The translations under genes were made by a program, and so were the position numbers. The notes beneath the pieces are model-generated. The model had not been told where the DNA came from. It did no database searches and worked only from the letters and a program-made list of their open reading frames with translations. From assembly GCA_963813155.1 (NCBI GenBank), contig CAWEYG010000004.1:32001-96000 (forward strand): DNA of 64,000 nt, given 5' to 3'. Positions 19,658 to 30,151 of the stretch are shown here, one piece after another (positions within the stretch are counted from its first letter, which is position 1; every line of letters starts with the position of its first letter). The stretch is from an uncultured Acidobacteriota bacterium (lineage in GTDB: Bacteria > Acidobacteriota > Thermoanaerobaculia > UBA5066 > DATFVB01).

Positions 19658-21797
19658 TCAGGCGTCGGGGTGGAACTTTTTCTTGTCGTTCGCCATCCGA
19701 ACGAGAAGCGGCGACGGCTCGAACCGGGGGCCGAGCCGCTCTTCGAGATCCTCGAGGCGGTTGACGACGCGGTCGATTCCGAGATCGTCGGCGTAGCGGA
19801 GCAGGCCCCCGCGAAACGGCGGAAACCCGGTTCCGAAGATCATCGCGAGGTCGAGCTTGGCCGCGGAGGGCACGATCCCGTCGTCGAGGCAGAACGCGGC
19901 TTCGTTGACCATCGGCATGAGCAGCCGGGCCTGGAGGACCTCCGGGGGGAGAGGCGACTCGCTCGGCGGCCGCAGATTCAGCAGGCCGTAGGCGGACCGG
20001 TCCGGGCCGGTGCGCGTGGAGCCTTTGTAGAGGTAGAAGCCGCGCCCGGTCTTTCGGCCGAGCCGCTTCGCGTTCGCGAGGCTCTCGAAGTTGTCGGCGA
20101 CCGGAAGGCGTTTCGGAAACGCCTCGGCGAGGGTCTGCCCGGCCTTGATGGCGACGTCGATCCCGACGTCGTCGAGCAGCGCGAGCGGTCCCACCGGCAT
20201 TCCGAAATCGACCATCGAGGAATCGACGTCTTCGATCCGGCAGCCGTCCTGGAGGAGCCGCACCGATTCCGACAGGTACGGCGCGAGAATCCGGTTGACG
20301 AGAAACCCGGGGGCGTCTCGCACGACGACCGGGGTCTTGCCGAGACGGCGGGCGAGGTCGAAGACCGTCGCGATGGCCTCGTCCGAAGAGCGCTCTCCGC
20401 GGATCACCTCGACGAGCGGCATCTTGTGCACGGGATTGAAAAAATGCATCCCCACGACGCGCGCCGGCTGGGCGGCCGCGCTCGCGATTCGCGCGATCGG
20501 AATCGTCGACGTGTTCGAAGCGAAGATCGGATCGTCGCCGGCCGCGCGCTCCCATTCCCGAAGAACCGCCTGCTTGACCGCGAGCTTTTCGACGACCGCT
20601 TCGATCGTCACCTCCGCGGCGGCGAATCCCGAGTAATCGAGGCCTCCCGAGAGAAGGTCCATCTTTGCCCGGAACTGCGACGGCGTGAGGCGCCGCCGCT
20701 TCATCCGATCTTTCCAGACGGCCGCCGCGGCCTGGAACCCGTGGGCGAGCGGCTCGGGCGCGATGTCTTTCATCCGGGCGGGAATGCCCTTGTCGGCGGC
20801 GAGCTGGGCGATTCCGCCTCCCATCACGCCGGCTCCGAGAACCCCGACGCGCGTGACGGCGCGGGGCGAGAAGCCGGGATCGAGGGTTCCGGTCTCCTTC
20901 TTGATCTCCTCGGTCCAGAAAAAAATCCGCATGAGGTTCTTCTGGATCGGCGTGCCGATCAGATTGCCGAGATGAGCGTTTTCGATCGCGAGCGCCTCGC
21001 CGATCTTTCGCGGGTATCCCTCTTCGACGGCGGCGAGGGCCTCGAGCGGCGCCGGGTAGTGGCCGTGCGTCCGCGCGAAGACCGCCTGGCGCGCTTTTCG
21101 AAACACGAGCGCGCGGCCGAGCGGGTTTCCCTCGAGAACGAAAAGGGCGGGCGACGGCCGGAGCCTCCGGCCCCGCGGCTTGCGGGTTCGAAACTTCGAC
21201 CGCGCGAACTTCTCCGTCCATTCCCCGAAGATCGGCTCCGGGACGACAGCGTCGGCGAGCCCGATTTTCAGCGCGCGCTTACCGTCGAGCGCTTTGCCGG
21301 TCAGGATCATGTCGAGCGCCGCGGACACGCCCACGAGGCGGGGAAGGCGCTGCGTTCCGCCCCATCCGGGGAGGATGCCCAGGTTGACTTCCGGCAGGCC
21401 GATCACCGCTTTCGGGGAGTCCGACACGACGCGGTAGTCGCACGCGAGCGCGAGCTCGGTGCCGCCGCCGAGGCACGCGCCGGCGATCGCGGCGACGGTC
21501 GGAAAGGGGAGGCGGGACCATCGGTCGAAGATCTGCTGGCCGATCGGCGGACTTCATCCTGCCTTCCTCGGGCGAACCGATGTTCTCGATCTCGCGAACG
21601 TCGGCGCCGGCGATGAAGATGTCCTTCTTCGCGGAGAGAAAAAGCAACGCCGCGATTCCGTTCGCGGCGGAGAGCCTGTCGGTCAGGCTGCTCAGCTCTT
21701 CCATCACGGACGTGGAGAACTTGTTGACCTTCTCGTCGAGATCGAAAGTGACGACGGCCAGGGAATCGATGAGGGCCAGGCGGAAGGCGTTGCCCAT
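19658..21797 (-). CDS. fadJ: Fatty acid oxidation complex alpha subunit (enoyl-CoA hydratase/3-hydroxyacyl-CoA dehydrogenase); frameshift near 21545
   Basis: [71 protein letters not shown]. Confidence 0.88.
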
Positions 21798-21820
21798 CGT
21801 CCGGCAGTATATCCGCACGC

Positions 21821-21848
21821 AAAAGAACGCCCCGGCGAAACCGGGGCG
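21821..21848 (-). terminator. Intrinsic terminator downstream of the FecR-domain gene
   Basis: CGCCCCGG/CCGGGGCG stem followed on the minus strand by TTCTTTT. Confidence 0.75.
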
Positions 21849-21873
21849 AAGGAGATCTCGAAGGTCGCGCCGG

Positions 21874-23844
21874 TCAGCGGTGCGGCCGGTCGTCTCGGCT
21901 TGGCGGAGCGGAACGCTGCTGGGCTCTCGGCGGCGGCGCTGCGGAACGCGGAGCCGGACTTTCATGCCGCGGGGCCGCCTCGGAGCGTGGACGGGGCGGA
22001 GGCTCGAAGTTTCGCGGCGAACCCTCGATCCTCCGCGGAGACTCGTAGCGCTGAGGCGGAGGCCCTTCGAATCGTCGCGGCGAGCCGTCGTACCGCTGCG
22101 GGATTTCCCGCGGGTTCGGTTCGACGCGCCTTCCGCGGTCGATCCCCTCGATCACTCGCTGGGCCGGAGGGGCGCTGGAGCGCCCCCTCCAGCTCTCGGT
22201 GGAAAACGTCTCGGCCCGGGAACGGGAATCCGGTCGGGGCGACCCGGGCTCGAAGCTGCCCGGTCCCGCGGGAGCGATGCGCGAGGAGGGACGTTCTCGC
22301 CAGTCGGACCGCGCCGCGAGATTCCGCGGCGCCGAAGGAACTGCCCGGGTTCTCGGATCGAGCGCGCGATCGTCTCCCTGCAGCGTTCTCCAGGCCTCCT
22401 GCCGGGGGCCCGGGATCGAGCGCGGCGAATCGGATCGCGGGCTGCCGACGCGCGCGGAGCTCTCCTGCGCGAGCGCCTGGATCGTCGCGGGCGGCAACGT
22501 TCGTTCCCTCGCGAGGAAGGGCGTGAGCGCGGCCGACTGAGTCGACGTGGTTTGCCGCGAGATCGCCTGGGGCGCCGAGCGAGCGAAGGACTTGAGCAAC
22601 GCGGGCGCCATCCCGGCCCTTCCGGAAATCGGCACGACGGCGGGTTGCGAAGTGACCGCGAGACTCGTGCCGAGCCGTCCGGCGATCGACCGCCCGGAAA
22701 GAATGGACCGCCGGTCGAACGGCTGGCCGAATTTGTCGACGCCGAGGAAACGCCATCCCCGGCCGATGTCGATGCGGGCGGTGTCGAAGACCCCGTTGAT
22801 CGGGACGTTCCGGCCCCACCGTCTGCCGTTAGAGCCCCCGTAGTAGCCGGCCGGGCACCATCCCACGTAAGAGCCGGTATAGCCCCAGTAGACCCACGCG
22901 GGAGAGAACAGATACGCCGGGGACCAGCACCACGAGTTGAAGGCCGCGTCGAAGAACCAGTTTCCGTAGTGATGGGGAAACCATCCCCACGGCTCGTACG
23001 AAACCCAGGAAGCGCCGACCGGCGTGTAGTACCAGTATCCCGAGCTGTAGGGCGACCAGTCCGCCGAGACGGTGGGCCGCCACACTTCCTGCTGGTAGGT
23101 GGGGGAATAGTCCCACTGGCCGTAGTCGTCGAGGACCGCCACGTCTTCGTCGTAGTCGCTGCCTTCCACGTATTTGGCCGACGCGGAGTTGTACGCCGCG
23201 AGCGTCGAATCGGTCCGGTCCGCGACCCACACGTCGAAGCGATCCCGCGAGAAGGATCCGCGCTCGACTTCCGGCTGCTCGCCGCCGCGGATCAGGAGAT
23301 AGCTGCCCTGATCCACCGTCGTCGAGCCAGCCCGCGTTCGGATTTCCGCGGAACCGCGCCGGACGACGACCGAGGTGCCCCGGGCGGCCTCGATGTTGAT
23401 CCGGGCCTGCGACTGCGCGGGGAGATAGACCGATGCGTCGGGTGTGTCGATTCGAAGCGCCGAGTCGCCCCCCGTGAGGGATTCTGCGGCCACGGAGCCT
23501 TCCAGGACGTTGAGCGACGATTCCGACGCCGAGGATCCCTCCTGGCTCGCAACGGCGTCGAGGCGAACGCGCGACTCGCCGGCGACCTGGAAGCGGTTGC
23601 CGTCGGCGAGCTCGATTTCGGCCCGGCCGCCGGCGTTGGTGACCACCTGGTCGCCTTCGGCGAGCGGAAGATTCACTCTGGCGTCGACTTCTCCGTTCGC
23701 CTCCGAAGTCACGGAAGCGGACCCCTCGACGGCGGTCAGATGGGAATAGCCGTTTCGCTGGGCGCGCGCGGGCAGCGCGAAGAGCCCGAGCGCAACAAGA
23801 ATGACGAGGACGAATGCCGGGCGCTGAAAGAATTTGCTGCTCAT
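21874..23844 (-). CDS. Secreted FecR-domain protein with aromatic-rich (DUF6600-like) repeats and Pro/Arg-rich tail
   Basis: Signal peptide; NLPLAEGDQVVT.AGGRAEI (FecR); LDDYGQW, WSPYSSGYW, WVSYEPWGWFPHHYGNW, FSPAWVYW. Confidence 0.85.
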   Translation of the reverse strand: MSSKFFQRPAFVLVILVALGLFALPARAQRNGYSHLTAVEGSASVTSEANGEVDARVNLPLAEGDQVVTNAGGRAEIELADGNRFQVAGESRVRLDAVASQEGSSASESSLNVLEGSVAAESLTGGDSALRIDTPDASVYLPAQSQARINIEAARGTSVVVRRGSAEIRTRAGSTTVDQGSYLLIRGGEQPEVERGSFSRDRFDVWVADRTDSTLAAYNSASAKYVEGSDYDEDVAVLDDYGQWDYSPTYQQEVWRPTVSADWSPYSSGYWYYTPVGASWVSYEPWGWFPHHYGNWFFDAAFNSWCWSPAYLFSPAWVYWGYTGSYVGWCPAGYYGGSNGRRWGRNVPINGVFDTARIDIGRGWRFLGVDKFGQPFDRRSILSGRSIAGRLGTSLAVTSQPAVVPISGRAGMAPALLKSFARSAPQAISRQTTSTQSAALTPFLARERTLPPATIQALAQESSARVGSPRSDSPRSIPGPRQEAWRTLQGDDRALDPRTRAVPSAPRNLAARSDWRERPSSRIAPAGPGSFEPGSPRPDSRSRAETFSTESWRGRSSAPPAQRVIEGIDRGRRVEPNPREIPQRYDGSPRRFEGPPPQRYESPRRIEGSPRNFEPPPRPRSEAAPRHESPAPRSAAPPPRAQQRSAPPSRDDRPHR

Positions 23845-23885
23845 CTCTCTCTCCCCGGACGCCGGAGCGTCCATGGTATCGATGG

Positions 23886-23901
23886 AGCGAGATCAATGCC
23901 A
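23886..23901 (-). promoter_or_regulatory. Putative sigma54 promoter
   Basis: Minus strand TGGCATTGATCTCGCT (GG-N10-GC), with an AT-rich tract upstream. Confidence 0.55.
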
Positions 23902-24006
23902 GAGTTTATCGTTTGTTTTCTGATGATTAGACAGCGCCCTCGTCCTGTATTCGTGACAGCCGCGGATCGGGGAGGACACGGACGGCGGCCTGCTAAGATC
24001 CGGGGA

Positions 24007-24714
24007 ATGGCCGAACAAGAAGGTCCGGGGAGGGCGGCGCTCGAGCGCTCCGCCGAAGAAGCGAGACTCGCGGGCCGCGAGAAGGAGGCCCTCTCCCTTT
24101 TCGAGGACCTCGTTCGGGCAGACCTGCGGGCCGGGCAAATCGCGCGGGCCGTGTCGGTCTATCAAAAAATCGTGCTGTGGAAGCCGGAGCTCCGGGACCT
24201 GCATCGCCGCCTTGCGCAGCAGATCGGAGACGCGCGGGAATCCACGCTACCCGGAAGGCCTTCTGCGGCCGCGCCCGGTTCCGCGCTTCCGGAGAGCCCC
24301 CTTTTCCAGGGAATTCCGGCCGAGCAGCTGCCCGATGTGCTTCAGAGCATGCAGCCGAGGAAATTCGCCGCCGGCGACGAGGTCGTCCGCGAGGGCGATC
24401 CGGGCGACTCCCTCTTTCTGATCACGGAGGGAAGCGCGTCGGTGCACACCCGGGACGAAGAAGGGCGGGAGGTCCCGCTCGCCACGCTCGGCATCGGGGA
24501 TTTCTTCGGGGAGGTCTCGCTGCTCACGTCCCGGCCCCGGACGGCCACCGTGCGCGCGGACTCCGCCGTCGGCGTCCTCGAGCTCGACCGGGAGCGCCTC
24601 GCGCTGCTGCGCGCCCGATTCCCCGGCGTGGACCAGGCCCTTTCCGACTTTCACCGCCTGCGCGCGCAGAGGACGATCGAGTCGATCCTGGCCCGGCGCC
24701 GCCGGCCGTCGTGA
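24007..24714 (+). CDS. TPR-like + cyclic nucleotide-binding domain protein
   Basis: VVREGDPGDSLFLI..G, GDFFGEVSLLTSRPRTATVRA; helical N-terminus. Confidence 0.85.
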   Translation: MAEQEGPGRAALERSAEEARLAGREKEALSLFEDLVRADLRAGQIARAVSVYQKIVLWKPELRDLHRRLAQQIGDARESTLPGRPSAAAPGSALPESPLFQGIPAEQLPDVLQSMQPRKFAAGDEVVREGDPGDSLFLITEGSASVHTRDEEGREVPLATLGIGDFFGEVSLLTSRPRTATVRADSAVGVLELDRERLALLRARFPGVDQALSDFHRLRAQRTIESILARRRRPS

Positions 24715-24727
24715 AGCTGCCGCGGCC

Positions 24728-25228
24728 GTGATTCGCGAGATCGTCAAGTACGGGGACCCTCGCCTGCACGGGAGGAACGAAGAGGTCGTGGATTTCGGCG
24801 CCGACCTCCGGGAGCTCGTCCGCGATCTCGTCGAGACCTGCCATGCCGCGCCCGGCCTCGGTCTGGCGGCGCCGCAGATCGGCGTCAACCTTCGTGTCGC
24901 GATCGTCGATCTGTCGATCGGAGCGGAGCCCTCCAGCGTGGTCGTTCTCGTCAACCCGGTGCTGCTCTCGTCCGAAGGAGAAATTCGAGAGGACGAAGGA
25001 TGCCTGTCGATCCCGGGCCTCTCCGAACCGTTGACGCGCCCGGCGAAGGTGGTCGTCGAGGCCGCGGACGCGGGCGGGACGCGAAGAAGGGTTGAGGGGG
25101 AGTCGCTGTTCGCGCGGGCGCTGCTCCACGAAACCGATCATCTGGATTCCCGCCTTTTCGTCGACCGGCTCCGCGGGCTGAAGGGGGAGCTCGTCCGGCG
25201 CAAGATCGCGCGCAAATTCAGGCGATGA
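24728..25228 (+). CDS. def: Peptide deformylase
   Basis: GLGLAAPQIG, EGCLSIP, HETDHL. Confidence 0.95.
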   Translation: MIREIVKYGDPRLHGRNEEVVDFGADLRELVRDLVETCHAAPGLGLAAPQIGVNLRVAIVDLSIGAEPSSVVVLVNPVLLSSEGEIREDEGCLSIPGLSEPLTRPAKVVVEAADAGGTRRRVEGESLFARALLHETDHLDSRLFVDRLRGLKGELVRRKIARKFRR

Positions 25229-25970
25229 CGAGGCGGCTCGGGCCTTCCGCGGGCTCGGCCCGCCGGATCCCGGCGAGGAGCAGCTCGCTCAATTCGACGA
25301 GCCGCGAGGATTCGTCCGCGTCGCAGGGCGCCTCCCGGTGGAGCCGGAAGATGGAGTCGCCGGCCCGGGGGATCTCGACCGCGACCGGCGCGGCGAGGTT
25401 GCCCCAGGAATAGATCGGCCGGCCGTGGGCGGAGATCGAAACGCCGTCCGCCTCGTAGGCTTCCGCGATGTCGGCCATCAGCTCGGCGATTCGCGGCGCG
25501 AGCGAGCCGAGGTCTTCCTGCTGGGAGAGCGACCGCGAGATGCGGAGGCATCGCTCGTAGAATCGGCCGCGGATCCGCAGCTCTTCGAGGAGCGACCGCG
25601 TCCGAAGCGCGTTGCGGAGACGGGCGCGAAGCTCGCGCGGCCGGAAGGGCCGCACGAGAAAGTCGAACGCGAGCGACGCGAACCCCTCCAGCACGTCCTC
25701 GGCTCGGTGCCGCGCCGTCACGAACAGGATCGGGATCTCGGACATCGCCGGGTCTGCCTTGAGAGAGCCGCAAAGCTCGTAACCGGAATTGTCGGGCATG
25801 AGGATGTCGAGGACGATCGCGTCGAACTGCCGCTCCGCGGCGAGCCGCCGGCCCTCGGCGCCGGACCCGCACCAAACGAGCTCCGCGGAGAGCCCCTCGA
25901 CGATGGAAGAGACGAGTTCCTGTTCCGAGTTGTCGTGATCCACGACGAGGATGCGGCGCCGGGACTTCAT
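25218..25970 (-). CDS. Response regulator receiver with coiled coil and short GAF-like tail
   Basis: ILVVDH, IVLDILMP, GYELC, IPILFVTA; no DNA-binding or enzymatic output seen. Confidence 0.8.
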   Translation of the reverse strand: MKSRRRILVVDHDNSEQELVSSIVEGLSAELVWCGSGAEGRRLAAERQFDAIVLDILMPDNSGYELCGSLKADPAMSEIPILFVTARHRAEDVLEGFASLAFDFLVRPFRPRELRARLRNALRTRSLLEELRIRGRFYERCLRISRSLSQQEDLGSLAPRIAELMADIAEAYEADGVSISAHGRPIYSWGNLAAPVAVEIPRAGDSIFRLHREAPCDADESSRLVELSELLLAGIRRAEPAEGPSRLVIA

Positions 25971-26006
25971 TGAATTCAGAATAGCACAGGGTAAACTTCC
26001 GGGGAG

Positions 26007-27413
26007 ATGCCGACACTCGAAGTTTTCAACACGTTCGGGCGAAAGCTCCAGCCGCTCGTTCCGATCGAGCCGGGTCACGTTCGGATGTATACGTGCGGGC
26101 CGACGATCTACAACGACGTGCACATCGGGAACCTCCGGACCTTCCTCTGGGAGGACGTCCTGCGAAGGACGCTCAGGCGATTCGGGTACCGAGTGACGCA
26201 GGTGATGAACCTCACCGACGTCGACGACAAGACCATTCGAGGAGCGTCGGAAGCGCGGATGGATCTGCGCGCTTTCACCGAGAAGCACGCCGAGTCCTTC
26301 TTCCGGGATCTCGAGACGCTCGGCGTCGAGCGGGCGGAATTCTACCCGCGAGCGACGGATCACATCCCGGAGATGATCGCGATAGCGGAGAAGCTTCGGG
26401 ACCGCGGCCACACGTACGAGAGCGACGGCTCGCTGTGGTTCAAGATCTCGACGTTCGCGCCCTACGGCCGCCTCTCGGGGATCGACCTTTCGCAGGCGAG
26501 GCAGGGGTCCCGCGTCGCGGACGACGAATACGAGAAGGACGACCCGAAGGATTTCGCGCTCTGGAAGGCCGCGAAGGAAGGGGAGCCGGCGTGGGACTCG
26601 CCGTTCGGCCGAGGCCGGCCCGGATGGCATCTCGAATGTTCCGCGATGTCAATGAAGTATCTCGGCCCGCAATTCGACATTCATACCGGCGCCGTCGACA
26701 ACATCTTTCCGCACCACGAGAACGAGATCGCCCAGAGCGAGGGAGCGACGGGCGAGCGCTTCGTCAACTTCTGGCTGCACGCCGAGCACCTGATCGTGGA
26801 CGGCGAGAAAATGTCCAAATCGAAGGGGAACTTCTATCTCCTCCGCGACGTTCTCGCGAAGCGAAACGACCCCTCCGCCCTGCGCTACATGTTCCTCTCC
26901 GTTCCCTACCGAAAGAAACTCAACTTCACGTTCGAGGCGCTCGCGGGAGCCGGGACGGCCGTCGAGAGGATTCGCGCGCTGGATCGGCGGCTCGGCGATC
27001 TCGAACACGCGGCGGGCCGCGCCGCGGCAGCGCCGTTCGACGCCGAGTCCCGGGCCGCGAAGTTCGAAAGCGACTTCGACGAGGGGTTGGCCGACGATCT
27101 CAACACGGCGCGGGCGCTCGCCTCGCTGTTCGACTTTCTTCGGGACGTCAATCTCGCGGCCGACGGGAATGCGCTCGACGCCGCAGGCGCGGCGATGTGC
27201 CGGGCCGCGCTGCGGCGTTCGGACTCGGTGCTTGGAATTCTTCCGGCGGGAGACGATTTGCTGCCGGCCGAGATCGAGCGCCTTCTCGCGGAACGGTTGG
27301 AGGCCCGGAGAAAGCGCGATTTCGCCCGCTCCGACGCGATCCGGGACGAGCTCGTCGGCAACGGCATCCTCCTCGAGGACACTCCGCAGGGGACGCGCTG
27401 GAAGAAGGCGTGA
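26007..27413 (+). CDS. cysS: Cysteinyl-tRNA synthetase
   Basis: YTCGPT, HIGN, GRPGWHLECSAM, FPHHENE, KMSKS. Confidence 0.97.
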   Translation: MPTLEVFNTFGRKLQPLVPIEPGHVRMYTCGPTIYNDVHIGNLRTFLWEDVLRRTLRRFGYRVTQVMNLTDVDDKTIRGASEARMDLRAFTEKHAESFFRDLETLGVERAEFYPRATDHIPEMIAIAEKLRDRGHTYESDGSLWFKISTFAPYGRLSGIDLSQARQGSRVADDEYEKDDPKDFALWKAAKEGEPAWDSPFGRGRPGWHLECSAMSMKYLGPQFDIHTGAVDNIFPHHENEIAQSEGATGERFVNFWLHAEHLIVDGEKMSKSKGNFYLLRDVLAKRNDPSALRYMFLSVPYRKKLNFTFEALAGAGTAVERIRALDRRLGDLEHAAGRAAAAPFDAESRAAKFESDFDEGLADDLNTARALASLFDFLRDVNLAADGNALDAAGAAMCRAALRRSDSVLGILPAGDDLLPAEIERLLAERLEARRKRDFARSDAIRDELVGNGILLEDTPQGTRWKKA

Positions 27414-27420
27414 GGCTGGC

Positions 27421-27502
27421 TGTCATTGCGAGGAGCATCGCGACGAAGCAATCTGACCTTCGGATCAGATCGCCACGCCCGCTTCGCGGGCTCGCGATGA
27501 CA
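27421..27502. repeat. Palindromic repeat element (GTCATTGCGAG...CTCGCGATGAC family)
   Basis: TGTCATTGCGAG / CTCGCGATGACA terminal arms; internal hairpins TCTGA-CCTTCGGA-TCAGA and GCCCGC-TTC-GCGGGC. Confidence 0.8.
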
Positions 27503-27507
27503 GCGCC

Positions 27508-30111
27508 ATGACCCTCTCCGCCGGGACCCGGCTCGGGCCCTACGAGATCGTTTCGCCGCTCGGCGCGGGCGGCATGGGCGAGGTGTACAAGGCGCGCGAC
27601 ACGCGACTCGGGCGCGAAGTCGCCGTCAAGGTCCTGCCGGAGACGTTCGCGCGGGATCCCGAACGTCTCACGCGCTTCGAACGCGAGGCGCGCGCGGCGT
27701 CCGCCCTGTCCGATCCGCACATCGTCGCGGTGTACGACGTCGGCCGCGAAGGCGAAACGCACTTTTTCGTGAGCGAGCTCGTCGAGGGCTCGGACCTTCG
27801 AAGCCGGCTGGAATCGGGAGGCCTGCCGGCGAAAAAGGCTCTCGAGCTGGCCGAGCAGATCGCGAGCGGCCTCGCGGCCGCCCACGAGAAAGGAATCGTC
27901 CATCGCGATCTCAAGCCGGAGAACATCCTGATCACGAAATCCGGACTGGCCAAGATCGCCGACTTCGGGCTCGCGAAGCTCACGGAGTCTTCGGAGGCGG
28001 GCGTTTCGGAGCTGCCCGACTTCCGACGGGCATCAGACGACGGCCGGCGTCGTCATGGGAACGGTCAGCTACATGTCGCCGGAGCAGGCTCGCGGAGGGA
28101 CGGTCGATTTCCGGTCGGATCAGTTTTCCTTCGGGTCGATCCTCTACGAGATGCTGACCGGAAAGCAGGCCTTCAAGAGGGGCAGCGCGCCGGAAACGAT
28201 GTCCGCCATCATCCGGGAGGAGCCGTTGCCCGTGGCGGAGATCGCGCCGGGCGTCGCGGCGCCGCTGGCCTGGCTCGTCGAGCGATGTCTGGCGAAGGAC
28301 CCTCAGGAGCGATTCGCCTCGACCCGCGACCTCGCGCGCGACCTCGCGAGCCTGAGTCAGCATTTGTCGGCATCGGCCACCGGTCTCCGCCGACGCTCGC
28401 CGCGGCATCGAATCGACGTCCGCTCGCCCTGCCTCTCGCGGCGGCGGCGATCGTCGCGGCCGGCTGTTCTCGGCGCGCTTCTCGCGCGGCAGCAGCGGCG
28501 CGCCCCGACTGCCGACTCTCCAGCAGCTCACGTTTCGCCGCGGAGTCGTGACCGGCGCCCGTTTCACGCCGGACGGCCGGAGCATCGTCTACTCGGCCCG
28601 CTGGGGCGGCGGCCAGAGCGGCGATCTACTCGGTCCGGCCCGCGAGCCCGGAATCGCGGTCGCTCGAGATTCCGGGAGCGACACTCCTGGCCGTCTCGTC
28701 GAACGAAGAGCTCGCGATCAAGCTTCGCCCGAAGCTGTGGAGCGGGTTTCTGCACGGCACGCTCGGGCGCGTGCCGTTCGGCGGCGGCGTTCCGCGCGAG
28801 GTGATGGACAACGTTCAGGACGCCGACTGGACGCCCGACGGCAGCTCTCTCGCCGTTCTTCGTTTCGGTCTCTCGGCGGCGGTGCGCTGGGTGATCGAGC
28901 TTCCGCCCGGGAAAACGCTCTACGAAGATCCCTCCGCGCCCGTCATCGGGGTCCGGATATCGCCCGACGGCTCACGCCTCGCGGTGGCGGAGGGAGGGTT
29001 TCTCGGGCTTCCGACGGCGATCCGTCGTCGTCGACCGAAGCGGAAAAGCCCGCGTGCTCGCGGAGGCGGTCGTGACCGGCGTCGCCTGGTCGGCTGGCGG
29101 CGGAGAGATCTGGTTTTCGCAGGACGACGGCGTCGGCTCGAGCAGTTTGTGGGCCGTCGACTCTCTCGGGCAGGAAGCGCCTGATCCTTCGCCACGCGGG
29201 AGCGATGATCCTGCGGGACATCTCCCGCGACGGAGCCGTTCTCGCCACCGTCGGGCATCCGCAACTGAGCGTGATGTTCAAGGGCCCGGGCGACTCGGCG
29301 GAGCAGGATCTGGCGTGGCTCGACGGCTCGCAGGCCGTGGCGATCTCGGAGGACGGGAAGACGCTGCTTCTCAACGAAACGGGTGTCGGCGCGGGACCGG
29401 GGGGAGCCTTCTATCTTCGGAGCCACCGACGGCTCGCCCGCCGTCCGGCTCGGCGAGGGCATCGCAAACGCGCTCTCGGCCGACGGAAAATGGGTCACGG
29501 CGAGGCCTCGGGAGTCTCGCGACCGCGTCATGGTCGTGCCGACCGGCGCCGGGCAGACCCGCACGATCCGGCTCCCTTACGGCTGCGATCAGTGGTGGTT
29601 CTTTCCCGACGGCAAGCGGCTTCTCGTCAACGGCGTGCTTCCCGGGAGCAACGCGCCCGGGATCAGCTCGATCGGGCTCGACGGGCAGAATCCGAAGCGA
29701 ATCGCGCCGGATGGATGGGACAGCTTCTTCGGCGAGGTGCCGATCTCGCCCGACGGGAAATGGATCGACAGCCAGAGCGGCGGGTTGGACGACGTTTCCC
29801 TTCGGCTCTATCCGACGGACGGAAGCCTCGCTTTCCGGACCGTGCCGGGCTTCGAGTCGGACGACGTCGTGATGCGCTGGACGCCCGACGGCCGGGGCCT
29901 CTACGTTTTCAAGCGCAACGAGCTGCCGGCCAGGGTCTTTCGCCTCGACATCGAAACCGGAAAGAGGACGCTCCTGTTCGCTCTGAAACCGGAGGACGGC
30001 GCGGGCGTGACGAGGATCCCGATCGTCGTGATGACTCCCGACGCAAAGTCGTACGCCTACAACATCACGCGCGAGCTTTCGGACCTGTATTTGATTCGAG
30101 GGTTGAAATGA
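27508..30111 (+). CDS. Hanks Ser/Thr kinase + TM + TolB/WD40-like beta-propeller; several frameshifts
   Basis: [31 protein letters not shown]; xSPDG/TPDG repeats across ORF fragments 27508, 28055, 28771, 29205, 29383. Confidence 0.88.
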
Positions 30112-30148
30112 CCCGTCTTCGCGATCCTCGCTTCGGCGCGGCGAGCCC
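30112..30148. repeat. Short REP-like palindrome between the two kinase genes
   Basis: CTCGC...GCGAG stem; shares CGCTTCGGCGCGGCGA with 13620-13635. Confidence 0.5.
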
Positions 30149-30151
30149 ATC

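Noticed and set aside
17855-24714. Very long ORFs such as 17855-21616(+), 17913-21221(-) and 21580-24714(+)
   Set aside because: Antisense or alternate-frame shadows of real genes in high-GC DNA; only short segments correspond to true genes or frameshifted parts
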